From positions 1,472,001 to 1,536,000 of the forward strand of contig CAVZJV010000014.1 in assembly GCA_963775685.1 (NCBI GenBank): a stretch of 64,000 bases of DNA, read 5' to 3'. Source of the DNA: Candidatus Bathyarchaeota archaeon. Its GTDB lineage: Archaea; Thermoproteota; Bathyarchaeia; Bathyarchaeales; Bathycorpusculaceae. The number at the start of each line of letters is the position of its first letter. Positions within the stretch are counted from its first letter, which is position 1. The position numbers and the translations under genes are program-made. The notes below the pieces were generated by a model, which saw nothing but the letters and a program-made list of their open reading frames with translations, searched no databases and was not told the origin of the DNA. Below, one piece after another: positions 51,792-61,307 of this stretch.

Positions 51792-51935
51792 GGCCTTCAA
51801 CCGACGGAGGGTATAGAGTAAATGGTTTCTGTATTTTATTTTGTTGTTTTATAGGTTCTGTGATTAGATATTTTCCAGAAGCCCTGTTCCTACTATGCGG
51901 CCAAAATTTTGGAAAACCCTTGGTTAGCGACTAAC

Positions 51936-52214
51936 TTACATTTGGCGGCTCATTTTGCTAGCCACTATCAGAATCTGCTGTGTCAAAAACTCTTCCAACG
52001 AGTCAGGCTCGAAACCATGAATCGCTTTCTTGTGTCTGGCGGCATGATTTTTTATCGCGCAGTTCATGGCCTTCAAATCGGGTACAACCAAAATTTTGAA
52101 ACCACAGGTACACTTGATAATTGGCATGTTTGTTTTATATGCAACACCATTGTCGGTGCGATCTTTACTCAAAATGAAGTTGCTTTTTTGAATATCGTTT
52201 TTTGTCATACCCAT
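51936..52214 (-). CDS. Small Zn-binding hypothetical protein
   Basis: IKCTCGFKILVVPDLKAM..AI..H...H. Confidence 0.65.
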   Translation of the reverse strand: MGMTKNDIQKSNFILSKDRTDNGVAYKTNMPIIKCTCGFKILVVPDLKAMNCAIKNHAARHKKAIHGFEPDSLEEFLTQQILIVASKMSRQM

Positions 52215-52483
52215 TTCCCCTCCCTTGAGCCAAGATGATCTATGAATTCTTTGAATAATATATTAAATATTGTAGTAGGCGCGGCACAATCACAATTGCA
52301 TTGCAATTCATCAATTACTCACTAATTTATGCATCATACAATTCATTTTATTGTACTTATAGCATATTTGCTAATAAAAAGCATAATTGCTTGAATTAAA
52401 CAACAAAAATAGCAAAAGCTTATAACAATCAACCACATAACATACAGATATATATGGTTAAGTGAGAGGGAGAGGGTTCAAAG

Positions 52484-52813
52484 ATGAGACGATCAAAACT
52501 AATAATTTATGTTGACATTCTCAACGTGTTGGCTCATAGAGGTCCATCAAAGCTGACACATATCATGTACAAAGCTAACGTTAACTGTAACGTTCTTACA
52601 GATCACTTAGACTTTTTAATTAAGCAAGCTCTTGTAGAAAAACGAACGGTCACGAAAATGCGAGTAGTTTTCGCAATCACTCAACGCGGCACCAATGTTC
52701 TGAAGTATTTCCATGAACTCACACAAGTGTTGCCTATAATAGACGAAACCCCAAATCAAACAACCCCACTGCTTTATGCTCAGAAGAATTGCCTGTCAAA
52801 ACGAGTACGTTAG
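52484..52813 (+). CDS. Winged-HTH regulator
   Basis: MRRSKL.IY.DIL...THIMYKANVN...L.FL....ITQRG. Confidence 0.85.
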   Translation: MRRSKLIIYVDILNVLAHRGPSKLTHIMYKANVNCNVLTDHLDFLIKQALVEKRTVTKMRVVFAITQRGTNVLKYFHELTQVLPIIDETPNQTTPLLYAQKNCLSKRVR

Positions 52814-53009
52814 TTGCCTAACTCCACAACCAAGGCCTTTCAAGATTGGATGCCATAGGATAAAGCCAAATCACGATTTATTTTATTCATTTTATATGTT
52901 CTTATGATTAGATAATCTAATGAAGACCTGTCGACTTCCCTCTATACCCCCAATTTATTGGAGGCCTTTGAACTCTTGGTAAAATTTAAGTTCACAGCTA
53001 ATTCAGTTA

Positions 53010-53600
53010 CATATTAACGCTCATCTCGCCCAGGGCATTCAACGTTCGTTCTCTGAGTTCTTTTATCGCTCGAGAAAAATAGTGTCTAACGAATATGCTC
53101 GGCGAAATTCTGCCGCAGAGCCAGTCTGCTTCTTGAGCAACGAGTCCGTGCTTAATCATGAAAGTTCGTAATAATCGCGTAACTCGCTGATTCGACTGGG
53201 AATCTTGCGCCTTTGCGATTTCTTAATCACCCCTGCGTAAGTTACGGGTTGGCAATTCGAGATTTCGCCGATTATACTTTCAGACATAATGCTGATGAAA
53301 GCGTTCTTCGTTCCCCGCAAAAACTCTGCTTTGTATCGAAAATGCTCCAGAATTCCAAGTTCCCTGTTCAAGTAATCGCTTAATTTTCCTTGCTTTGAAA
53401 GCTCAATTATCTTGTCAAAGCTGGCGATTCCCTCGTTTGCTCGAAGTCCAGTCAACTGTAAAAAACCTAAGGATCAAATTCTCTTGTTGAGCAAGTACTG
53501 GCTCAACTTTAGAAAACCATGCTATATTCAATTTACTCGCGGGTAGACGTTCAACCCTGAATTCGCTTTCGGTGTTCCAAATTGGAACGGTTTGTTCCAT
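53010..53600 (-). pseudogene. Decayed SSV1-type integrase C-terminal part (copy 2)
   Basis: TGLRANEG, LEHFRY..FLRGTKNAFIS, ELRDYY, EADWLCGRISPSIFVRHY across frameshifts. Confidence 0.85.
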
Positions 53601-53645
53601 GAATAGAACTAAAAGCTGTTATTGACAATTATTGAGTGAAAACAA

Positions 53646-54710
53646 ATGAATAAGAAAATAATAGCTCCATCAATTTTGATCGTGATACTCTTTGTGGTCG
53701 CAATTTCTGGAACGATAGTTTATTGTAATGGAGTACTAAGTGACGGAAATTCCAAAATGGCATCATTAAATAGCCAAATAGCGAAGTTGGATAGCAGAGT
53801 TTCTGACCTTAAAACTCAAGCAGCAAATATATACAGCCAGACAGAAAATTTGCTCTCACCAAAAATCGTAACTGCATTAGGAATCAATGAAGTGCCATAT
53901 GATTCGCCCCACAACTATCCCACTCCACTTTTGTATAATCACCTACTCATTATGGGGTCAGTCACAAATACAGGTGTAACCACAGCTTACAACGCAGGAC
54001 TCCACGTAGTTGCCTATCAAGCGGATGGAAAAGTTCAGATAAACATGACTGTTCCCCTCGTTAATTGGGCAAACGAAACTACCAATGAAAACACCGACTT
54101 CGCACCTGTCTTTGGAACAGATACATCTACTCAAATTTATGGCAATGAATCTCTTCAACTCGGAAATTTGTATAGCGGACAGAACGTTACAATCATCTTA
54201 GGTATTTTCCACCATGGAACCGTTACAAATTGGACTATAGCACCAGTATGGACTTCAAATTCCACTCCAACCACAGTAATCCCTCCTACTCCAGCGCCTA
54301 AGCCCCTTCCAATAGCCACAACGGTAATCACTTCAGTAACTTTCAATAATACAACTTATGATTTTGGAAGTGGCGCACCATCCGAAAGAATCCCAGACGT
54401 ATCGATGAGTATGGGACAAAATTCCACCTTAATTATTAAAGTCTCAGATTACGAAGCATTGAATCACACAGTAACTCCAAGTACTTTTGGTTGTGAAGTG
54501 TCGTATTCTGGTACCGACAAAGTTGTATTATTGGGTCCGACCAACAATGCACCAGTAGTTTTGCCCCCTAAGAACGGGCTTACTCTAAGTTGGAATTTAC
54601 AGGCTAAATCTGTCGGCGTGGCCAATCTATTGATGACTATCAGGCCAATAGGCACAGGTTACTCTTTCCAGAATGCCACGTTAAGCTTTCGAGTCACAAT
54701 AACCAAATAA
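53646..54710 (+). CDS. Membrane-anchored coiled-coil plus Ig-like domain protein
   Basis: TM, coiled coil, GSVTNTG..AYNAGLHVVAY, IFHHGTVTNWTIAPVW. Confidence 0.75.
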   Translation: MNKKIIAPSILIVILFVVAISGTIVYCNGVLSDGNSKMASLNSQIAKLDSRVSDLKTQAANIYSQTENLLSPKIVTALGINEVPYDSPHNYPTPLLYNHLLIMGSVTNTGVTTAYNAGLHVVAYQADGKVQINMTVPLVNWANETTNENTDFAPVFGTDTSTQIYGNESLQLGNLYSGQNVTIILGIFHHGTVTNWTIAPVWTSNSTPTTVIPPTPAPKPLPIATTVITSVTFNNTTYDFGSGAPSERIPDVSMSMGQNSTLIIKVSDYEALNHTVTPSTFGCEVSYSGTDKVVLLGPTNNAPVVLPPKNGLTLSWNLQAKSVGVANLLMTIRPIGTGYSFQNATLSFRVTITK

Positions 54711-54722
54711 GGAGTAAAAACA

Positions 54723-55343
54723 ATGAAAATCAAAATAGACCCAAAAATTTTTGTTGTATCTTTAGTCTTTGCAATCATATTCGCAGGAGTTCTATCTTCT
54801 TACGCTTACTTGATAGTTGTTCAAGATTACAAAATTGCTTCACTTAAAGCGCAAGAGCAAAATCTAAACAGCGAAATCGAAAACTTGACTAATCAAATTC
54901 CAAGCGTCAACGACCAGACAACAAATTTAACAGCTGCTTATCTTGCATCAGGGTTAAAAGCAAACTTAACAACTGTGTTGCAGGGAAAAGAAATCGTAAC
55001 TTCCGATTATGCAGCCACCCAATCAATTCCTTACAATTACTTTTACATTTCTGGCACAGTCACCAATACTGGAAACGGCACTGCATTTGAGACAGGATTA
55101 CATGTAATTGCATATGATGTCTATGACAAAAGCACGAGAGATATAGACATGACTCTTCCATTTGGCGGTAGATTTGGAACTGACAGCACAATTGACGCTT
55201 ACGTTGCATCCCAAGGCGGAACAAGCTCGTTTCAGCTTGAAAGCTTGGGCAGTGGACAGACAAAAACAGTCAATATTCAAATTTTTCACGAAGGAACCGT
55301 CTCTAATTGGACTATAACCCCTATCTGGACAAACATCCCATAA
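54723..55343 (+). CDS. Paralog of preceding gene (shorter)
   Basis: GTVTNTG..AFETGLHVIAY, IFHEGTVSNWTITPIW. Confidence 0.75.
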   Translation: MKIKIDPKIFVVSLVFAIIFAGVLSSYAYLIVVQDYKIASLKAQEQNLNSEIENLTNQIPSVNDQTTNLTAAYLASGLKANLTTVLQGKEIVTSDYAATQSIPYNYFYISGTVTNTGNGTAFETGLHVIAYDVYDKSTRDIDMTLPFGGRFGTDSTIDAYVASQGGTSSFQLESLGSGQTKTVNIQIFHEGTVSNWTITPIWTNIP

Positions 55344-55649
55344 TTGCGAAAACAATCAAAAAAAAATTGCTTTTCCAGTTACACAAAGAGTCTAAACGGA
55401 CTAGAACTTTGCTCTTCTAATATCTCCTTTTTAGCTCGGAAAAGGACTCCAAATACATTGACCAAATTAAGTCTCTTTTCAGGAGCTTGGATTTAATGTA
55501 TACACAGATTAGCTTTTAGTTTGTTCTACGGTCCTACACTCTGTTTTCTTGTAATTGCCCTAGTTGAAAGTGATATTATGAGATTCTTTCCGAATAACTG
55601 GATATCATTAAAAAAGAAAAAAATGAGAAAACTTGGGCTATACGCCCAC

Positions 55650-56532
55650 TTCTGCCAAAGCATGTAAAGTTCTATCGCGTAAATCTTTGATTGTGGAAGA
55701 AAAGTAATGACGAACGAATATGCTTGGTGGAATCCTTCCAAAAAGCAAGTCTGCCTCCTGGGCAACGAGCTCATGACTAATAATAAAAGTGCCATAGAAA
55801 TCCCGCAGTTAGCTGATTCAAGTTGGAATCTTTCGCCTTTGAAGCTTCTTTGTGATGGCCGCATAAGTCACAGATCGACTCCTCGCGATTTCATCAATCA
55901 AAGTCTCAGGGACTATGCTGATGAAGGCATTCTTTCTGCCGCGCAGAAATTTGTCTTCATACTAAAATGCTCCAGAATCCCAATGTCACGGCTTAGGTAT
56001 TCATGTAATCTTTTTCTCTCCGAAAGCTCGATTATCAGGTTGAAGCTTTCAATGCCCTTGCTGCAACGTAGTCCTGTCAGGCTCAAGAATTTCAACAGCA
56101 AATTCTCCTGTGGCGTGAGTATCGGATTGACTTTGGCGAACCACTCGTCCAAATTACTATTGTTAATGCTGTATATTCTGACGAATGCGGCAAGCGCATC
56201 TGGTCGGGCGCTCTTGGGTCCGTAGCTTTTAAGGGCGGCCTTGCATTGCTCATAGCATCCGATGGACTTCGAGATTATGATTAGACTTTTTATTACTTCC
56301 GATTAACTGTTGATGGGACAGCAGAGTTGCCCGATATTGCCTGATTCAAGGTACATGGTAGTAGCGGTTAGCATAACAAATGACTCTTTTAGAGGTGTTT
56401 TGCCGGTATTTTCCCTGGACAAATTTTTTGAATTCAACCCAATCAAAAACTTTAAAGCTCATCGGTTCAATGAATCGGGCGGGCTGCTTGGTAAGGTAAT
56501 GGTCGCGGGTCCAAATCTCGCCGAAAGCTCCA
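55650..56532 (-). pseudogene. intC fragment of SSV1-type integrase starting in the att repeat
   Basis: GAFGEIWTRDHYLTK runs in frame into FDWVEFKKFVQGKY..YANRYYH; later TGLRCSKG, LEHF, EADLLFGRIPPSIFVRHY; several lesions. Confidence 0.85.
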
Positions 56533-56607
56533 TTTCTTTAATTCTTTGCTTTATGTTTTTTGTAGAGACAACAAAATTGCATATATATGCATATGCACAT
56601 AGTAGTG

Positions 56608-56850
56608 ATGGTAGTAATCGTGACTAAAGTAATCTCTCTTTCCGAAAAAGCATATGAAACTCTCAAGGGCATGAAGGAACCTGGAGAATCCTTTTCAGAT
56701 GTCGTTTTAAGAGTTGCAAAACCGAAAAAAAAGAAATCACTGCTGGAGTTTTCAGGCAAATGGGTTGGCAATGATATTGACGAAGTGTTTGCTAAGATAA
56801 AGAAAGATAGAGAGCATTCAGTTTCTCGGAAGGTCGACTTGTTTCAGTGA
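56608..56850 (+). CDS. vapB: VapB-type antitoxin
   Basis: TKVISLSEKAYETLK..K..GESFSDVVLR; start uncertain. Confidence 0.88.
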   Translation: MVVIVTKVISLSEKAYETLKGMKEPGESFSDVVLRVAKPKKKKSLLEFSGKWVGNDIDEVFAKIKKDREHSVSRKVDLFQ

Positions 56851-57236
56851 TCCTCGACACAGACATATTGATCGCACTGCTGAAAGGAGAGAAAGACGCA
56901 GACAAAGCAATGGAAAGTTTAGAACAAAACGGAGAACAAGCTGCCATTACAATGCTCACTGCTTATGAACTCCTTAGAGGAGCATATATTTCGTCAAATC
57001 CACAGAAAAACTTGGCGAAAGTGCAAGAACTAATAGCTAACATGAATGTTTTAGAGTTGACCTTGCAAGCATGCGAAGAAGCCTCCAAAATCTATCGAGA
57101 CCTCCGAAAAGCGGGGCACTTGATTGGAGAATTCGACACGTTAATAGCTGCAATAGCAAAAACTTATGTGGAACCGGTTATGACACGAGATGGACATTTC
57201 AAACTTATTACAGATATAAAGTTAAGTGAATGGTAA
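56847..57236 (+). CDS. vapC: VapC PIN-domain toxin
   Basis: ILDTDILI, YELLRG, FDTLIAAIA, MTRDGHF. Confidence 0.92.
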   Translation: MILDTDILIALLKGEKDADKAMESLEQNGEQAAITMLTAYELLRGAYISSNPQKNLAKVQELIANMNVLELTLQACEEASKIYRDLRKAGHLIGEFDTLIAAIAKTYVEPVMTRDGHFKLITDIKLSEW

Positions 57237-57252
57237 CTGGTTAATTTCTCAC

Positions 57253-57297
57253 CCTTGGTAATGTCGCGGGTCCAAATCCCGCCGAGATCTCCAACCT
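57253..57297 (+). repeat. Second copy of tRNA-Thr 3' half
   Basis: ccttggtaa-tgtcgcgggtccaaatcccgccgagatctccaacct. Confidence 0.85.
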
Positions 57298-57375
57298 TCA
57301 TTGTTAGTCGATCTGCGCATTTTGGCAAATTTTTTTAGGTAAACGGTCATTAGAATGAAAGAGAAGCGGTTTTAC

Positions 57376-57497
57376 AAACATTTGATGATTTAAAAAGGCA
57401 ACTTGAGCTGCTTAAGCCTGTCTTAAAACAGAAGTTTCAAGGAGAACCTATGAACACATTTGGTTCGTATTCGCAGAGTTGCCAAAATGAGAAATGA
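57376..57497 (+). pseudogene. Remnant of MNT-type nucleotidyltransferase antitoxin
   Basis: TFDDLKRQLELLKPVLKQKFQGEPMNTFGSYSQ resembles MNT N-terminus (FGSY motif), truncated. Confidence 0.5.
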
Positions 57498-57773
57498 AGC
57501 AACTAAACATCTTAACGCATGAACTACCAATCATCAAAATGAGGTTATATGGAAGACAGTAACGAAACGTTGCCTGATTTTTTCACATGTTGTTCATTCT
57601 TTGTTAGATCCAGCCATTTTTGAAGCAACACAATCTCTTACTTGTAAAACAGTACAGCAATCATATATAACATATATTAATACACAATATACTTAAAGCA
57701 CCAGTTTATACAAACCTAATCAAAGCCAAAAGGGAATATAGGAAAATCAACCAATCATTAAGGTGAGAAAATA

Positions 57774-59966
57774 CTGCAAAAAAGAATAATACAGACAATA
57801 TTAATCCTAATTCTTCTCGCATCCACCTTTATAATAATTAATCCAAGCTTTTCCATTGCAGCAACAACCGATCCTGCAAAACTCAAAATTTTCATAGGCC
57901 CAACAAGTGTTCTCGCAGACAACAATACATGCAACTGTATTTTTGTTCAATTACAAGATTCAAGTGGAAAACCTGCAAGAGCATTGCAAGACACGACAAT
58001 AAGCCTCTCATCCTCTCTTACGAACATAGGAACAGTAGACCAATCAATAATCATACCTAAAGACACAACATATGCCTCAGCAAGTTTTACCTCAACATTC
58101 TCACCGGGAACAACGGCAATTTCAGCATCAGCAACGGGTTACGCAACCATACAATCCTCAATAAATACCGTTGGACCAATTCCACACTCTGTAGCGGTTT
58201 ATGGATTTCCATCTACTCTACCTCCTGATGGCTCGTACGATGCCATAATGGTTCAATTACAGGACTCAAGTGGGACACCAGCAAAGGCACCCAAAGACGG
58301 AGTATTGGTAAGCCTCTCCAGTTCAAACACCTCAATAGGCAAAATTAGCCCAAATGTTACAATCGCTGAAGGTAAGACATACGCTATAGCTACTTTCAAC
58401 ACTACTTCAGCAGCCCAAGATGAAGGAAAAGTAAAGTCAGTGATAGTAACCACTGTAGCCCAAGGGTATATTTCTCAACAGGTAACAATGACCATAACTC
58501 CATTAGCAACAAACCCAACTCAACTTAAAATTTTCTCCGGACCTACGCAAATTCCAGCTGACCAGAGCACCTACAGACAAATTGCTATTGAATTGCAAAA
58601 CGCATCAGGTTTCGTTGGAGTTTTACCATCAGACGTAATGGTTACGGTAGGTTCAAGTGATCCAAACATAGCTGAAATTGACTCACAAATAACCCTTCCC
58701 CAAAGCCAAACCTACACTGTAGCAGCACTCAACACAACATACAAAGCCGGAAGCACCACCATAACTGCCGTAGCAACTGACCTGCTAAGAAACCAACAGA
58801 CAGTAACCACCACCGGGTTTACCCCTTCTAAATTGGCAGTTTACTGTGCGCCGTCAGTATTGGCATCTGATAAAGGAACTTACCAATCAATCCAAGTGCA
58901 GCTTCAAGATTCGCAGGGCAGACCTGCAAAAGATCCCCAAATAGACGTGAACCTAAACCTCTTTTCCTCACAACCAATAATAGGAACGGTTTGCTCAACC
59001 TTAACAATTCCCTTCGGACAAACCCAAGCCACCGGAACACTCACCGTAACGAACACACCCGGGTCAACAGCCATCACAGCCCAAGCATCAAGTTACACGA
59101 CCGGTCAAGGAACCATAACAACTTACATCATCGATTTCTTACCACTACAAATAACAGCAACAACTGACTCAGCAAGTATACAGAATGCTCAGAAAACAAA
59201 CGTCACAGTTTACGTTACCGCTGACGACAACCCGCTAACAGGAGCTACAATAAAATTTGCCTCAGACAATAGCGGGTCCTTCACCGCAAGCGCTGATCAA
59301 GGAAATGGGTACTACAAAACAGTTTTCACAGCACCAAGCTTTGCCAAAGCAACAACTTGCACCCTAACGGCAACGGTCTCAAAAACAGGATATGTAACCT
59401 CCCAAGCCACTACACAAGTAACTGTTCAACCTGCATCAGCAACTACACCAACAACTACGCCGACAACAACAATAGCTCCAACCAACCAAAGCGAAACCTC
59501 AACTCCAGCCGCCACAAACAGCACAACAGGAATCATACAGATGCGTATCGAAGACTGCGAGGGAAACCCGTTGAGCAACGCAACTGTATATTCAACAACC
59601 CAGCCAACCGGTGTGGCTGTACTCACTGGCACTACAAACTCGTCAGGATACATTACTTTTTCAAATGTTACCGCAGGGAAATACAGCGTCTGTATAGTCA
59701 TGGACGGGTATGAACAGTTGAACCAGACAATTAACTATACTGGGCAATCGACAAAAATGTCTCTTACCTTAAACAGCGAAAGTACTTCAGCGCCCGGAAA
59801 TAACAACATATTACTGATAGCAATAGTCATAGTCGTTGTGGTTGTTGTCATTATTATCATTGGATTACTCTTCATATCAAAGCGTCGACACGTAAACGAG
59901 CCCTTTAATCAATCTAACTTTAAACTATCCTCAGCCTTTTCGCAAATAAAAGGAGCCGCCTTCTAA
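57774..59966 (+). CDS. Surface protein with repeated Ig-like (invasin-type) domains and membrane anchor
   Basis: Repeats I.VQLQD.SG.PA.A; frame open from 57762; signal peptide KRIIQTILILILLA follows CTG 57774 behind AGGTGA. Confidence 0.82.
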   Translation: MQKRIIQTILILILLASTFIIINPSFSIAATTDPAKLKIFIGPTSVLADNNTCNCIFVQLQDSSGKPARALQDTTISLSSSLTNIGTVDQSIIIPKDTTYASASFTSTFSPGTTAISASATGYATIQSSINTVGPIPHSVAVYGFPSTLPPDGSYDAIMVQLQDSSGTPAKAPKDGVLVSLSSSNTSIGKISPNVTIAEGKTYAIATFNTTSAAQDEGKVKSVIVTTVAQGYISQQVTMTITPLATNPTQLKIFSGPTQIPADQSTYRQIAIELQNASGFVGVLPSDVMVTVGSSDPNIAEIDSQITLPQSQTYTVAALNTTYKAGSTTITAVATDLLRNQQTVTTTGFTPSKLAVYCAPSVLASDKGTYQSIQVQLQDSQGRPAKDPQIDVNLNLFSSQPIIGTVCSTLTIPFGQTQATGTLTVTNTPGSTAITAQASSYTTGQGTITTYIIDFLPLQITATTDSASIQNAQKTNVTVYVTADDNPLTGATIKFASDNSGSFTASADQGNGYYKTVFTAPSFAKATTCTLTATVSKTGYVTSQATTQVTVQPASATTPTTTPTTTIAPTNQSETSTPAATNSTTGIIQMRIEDCEGNPLSNATVYSTTQPTGVAVLTGTTNSSGYITFSNVTAGKYSVCIVMDGYEQLNQTINYTGQSTKMSLTLNSESTSAPGNNNILLIAIVIVVVVVVIIIIGLLFISKRRHVNEPFNQSNFKLSSAFSQIKGAAF

Positions 59967-60004
59967 GGAAAAGGTCACAAGGGAAAATTCTGCCGAAAGC
60001 TCCA
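59964..60004 (+). repeat. Third, highly decayed copy of tRNA-Thr 3' half
   Basis: taaggaaaaggtcacaagggaaaattctgccgaaagctcca, 30/41 ungapped identity to the tRNA 3' end. Confidence 0.6.
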
Positions 60005-60044
60005 CTTCCAAAAGCTAAAAGTAAGTTTCGCAAAAGCTTCTTAT

Positions 60045-61307
60045 TTGATGGCAGCGAGTATCTCTCCAGAAGGGGAAACAGTGGTTAACTTCTCGTTCGC
60101 TAAACGCGAAACCGTTATTTTAGTTGTGGTGCTTGCGGTTTCCCTTGCAGTTAGGGTTCTCTTGTTTCCGCTCAAAGGTTACTCCATTGACACCAACGAT
60201 TTTATCGCTTGGTTTGGAACTGCCACGGCACATGGGATAAGACCGTTCTATTCAGTTGTAGGATTTGCCGATTATCCGCCGTTTAATGTTTACATTTTCT
60301 GGTTTTTTGGTTCTTTGGCAAACGTCTTAGGCATCGGCATAGCAAACATCGTTAAATGGGTACCTAACCTCTTCGATTTGGCAACGGCAGGTCTGATCTA
60401 CTATTTTGTTAGAAAACAATCCAGTTTCAATATAGCGATTCTAGCTACAGCACTCTACGCATTTAACCCAGCAGTAATCTTCAACACTGCCGTGTGGGGA
60501 CAATATGATGCCATCTATACGTTCTTTTTAGTCATCTCACTTATGCTGGCACTTAAAAGTAAGCCTGAACTTTCAGCAGCCGCCTTCGCGCTAGGCATTT
60601 TAACGAAACCACAGGGCATCGCTTTAGCACCGGTCTTAATTCTCTTAATTTACAAAAAGAATGGATTAAAGCGTCTGTTATATTCTGTGGGCGCATTCGC
60701 CGCCACGGTTTTTGTGGTAATCGCGCCGTTCCAGTGGACAGACAATAACCCGGTGAGTTTCTTAAGCAAAATCTACTTCGGTGCATATGGCGGTTATGCT
60801 TTCACATCCATTAACGCTTTCAACCTGTGGGGACTGTTTGGCATATGGATGCCTGATGGAGGTTTCTTCATTGTTGGCTGGGCGTTATTTGGCGGCTTCA
60901 CGGCATACGCTCTATACGTATTGCATAAGCGGTTTAATATCTCGGGTGATTACCTGGCAATCTTTGCAGCGTTCATGCTTTTCTTTAGCTTCTTTATGTT
61001 GCCAACTCGTATTCACGAGCGCTACATGTTCCCAGCGATAGCTATGTTAGCTTTGATGTTTCCCCTCCTAAAGAGAACACGCCTACTCTATGTTGTTTTA
61101 ACTGCGACTCTGTTTATCAATCAAGCCTATGTTCTCTATTGGCTAAACGCAGCCTATCCTTATGCTCCTAATTTGACTGGAGACCCCGTGGTTGTGGTAG
61201 TAAGCGTTATCAATTTATTGATGCTTGCTTATGCTTCCTTACTGTTGTGGTATGAGCTGAAAGGACCCAACAGGATGGACTCAAACGCTGAAGGTGAGCC
61301 AATATGA
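60045..61307 (+). CDS. GT-C fold polyprenyl-phosphate-sugar glycosyltransferase
   Basis: DYPPFN, AFNPAVIFNTAVWGQYD, KPQG, NAFNLW, RIHERY; multi-TM. Confidence 0.85.
   Translation: MMAASISPEGETVVNFSFAKRETVILVVVLAVSLAVRVLLFPLKGYSIDTNDFIAWFGTATAHGIRPFYSVVGFADYPPFNVYIFWFFGSLANVLGIGIANIVKWVPNLFDLATAGLIYYFVRKQSSFNIAILATALYAFNPAVIFNTAVWGQYDAIYTFFLVISLMLALKSKPELSAAAFALGILTKPQGIALAPVLILLIYKKNGLKRLLYSVGAFAATVFVVIAPFQWTDNNPVSFLSKIYFGAYGGYAFTSINAFNLWGLFGIWMPDGGFFIVGWALFGGFTAYALYVLHKRFNISGDYLAIFAAFMLFFSFFMLPTRIHERYMFPAIAMLALMFPLLKRTRLLYVVLTATLFINQAYVLYWLNAAYPYAPNLTGDPVVVVVSVINLLMLAYASLLLWYELKGPNRMDSNAEGEPI

Larger units (their letters stand above)
50897..56532. mobile_element. Integrated element bounded by 46-bp direct repeat of tRNA-Thr 3' half
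   Basis: cttggtaaggtaatggtcgcgggtccaaatc(c/t)cgccgaa(g/a)gctcca at 50897-50942 and 56487-56532 (2 mismatches). Confidence 0.88.

Noticed and set aside
55707-56627. Plus-strand ORFs 55707-56225 and 56310-56627
   Set aside because: Antisense shadows of the intC pseudogene and att repeat
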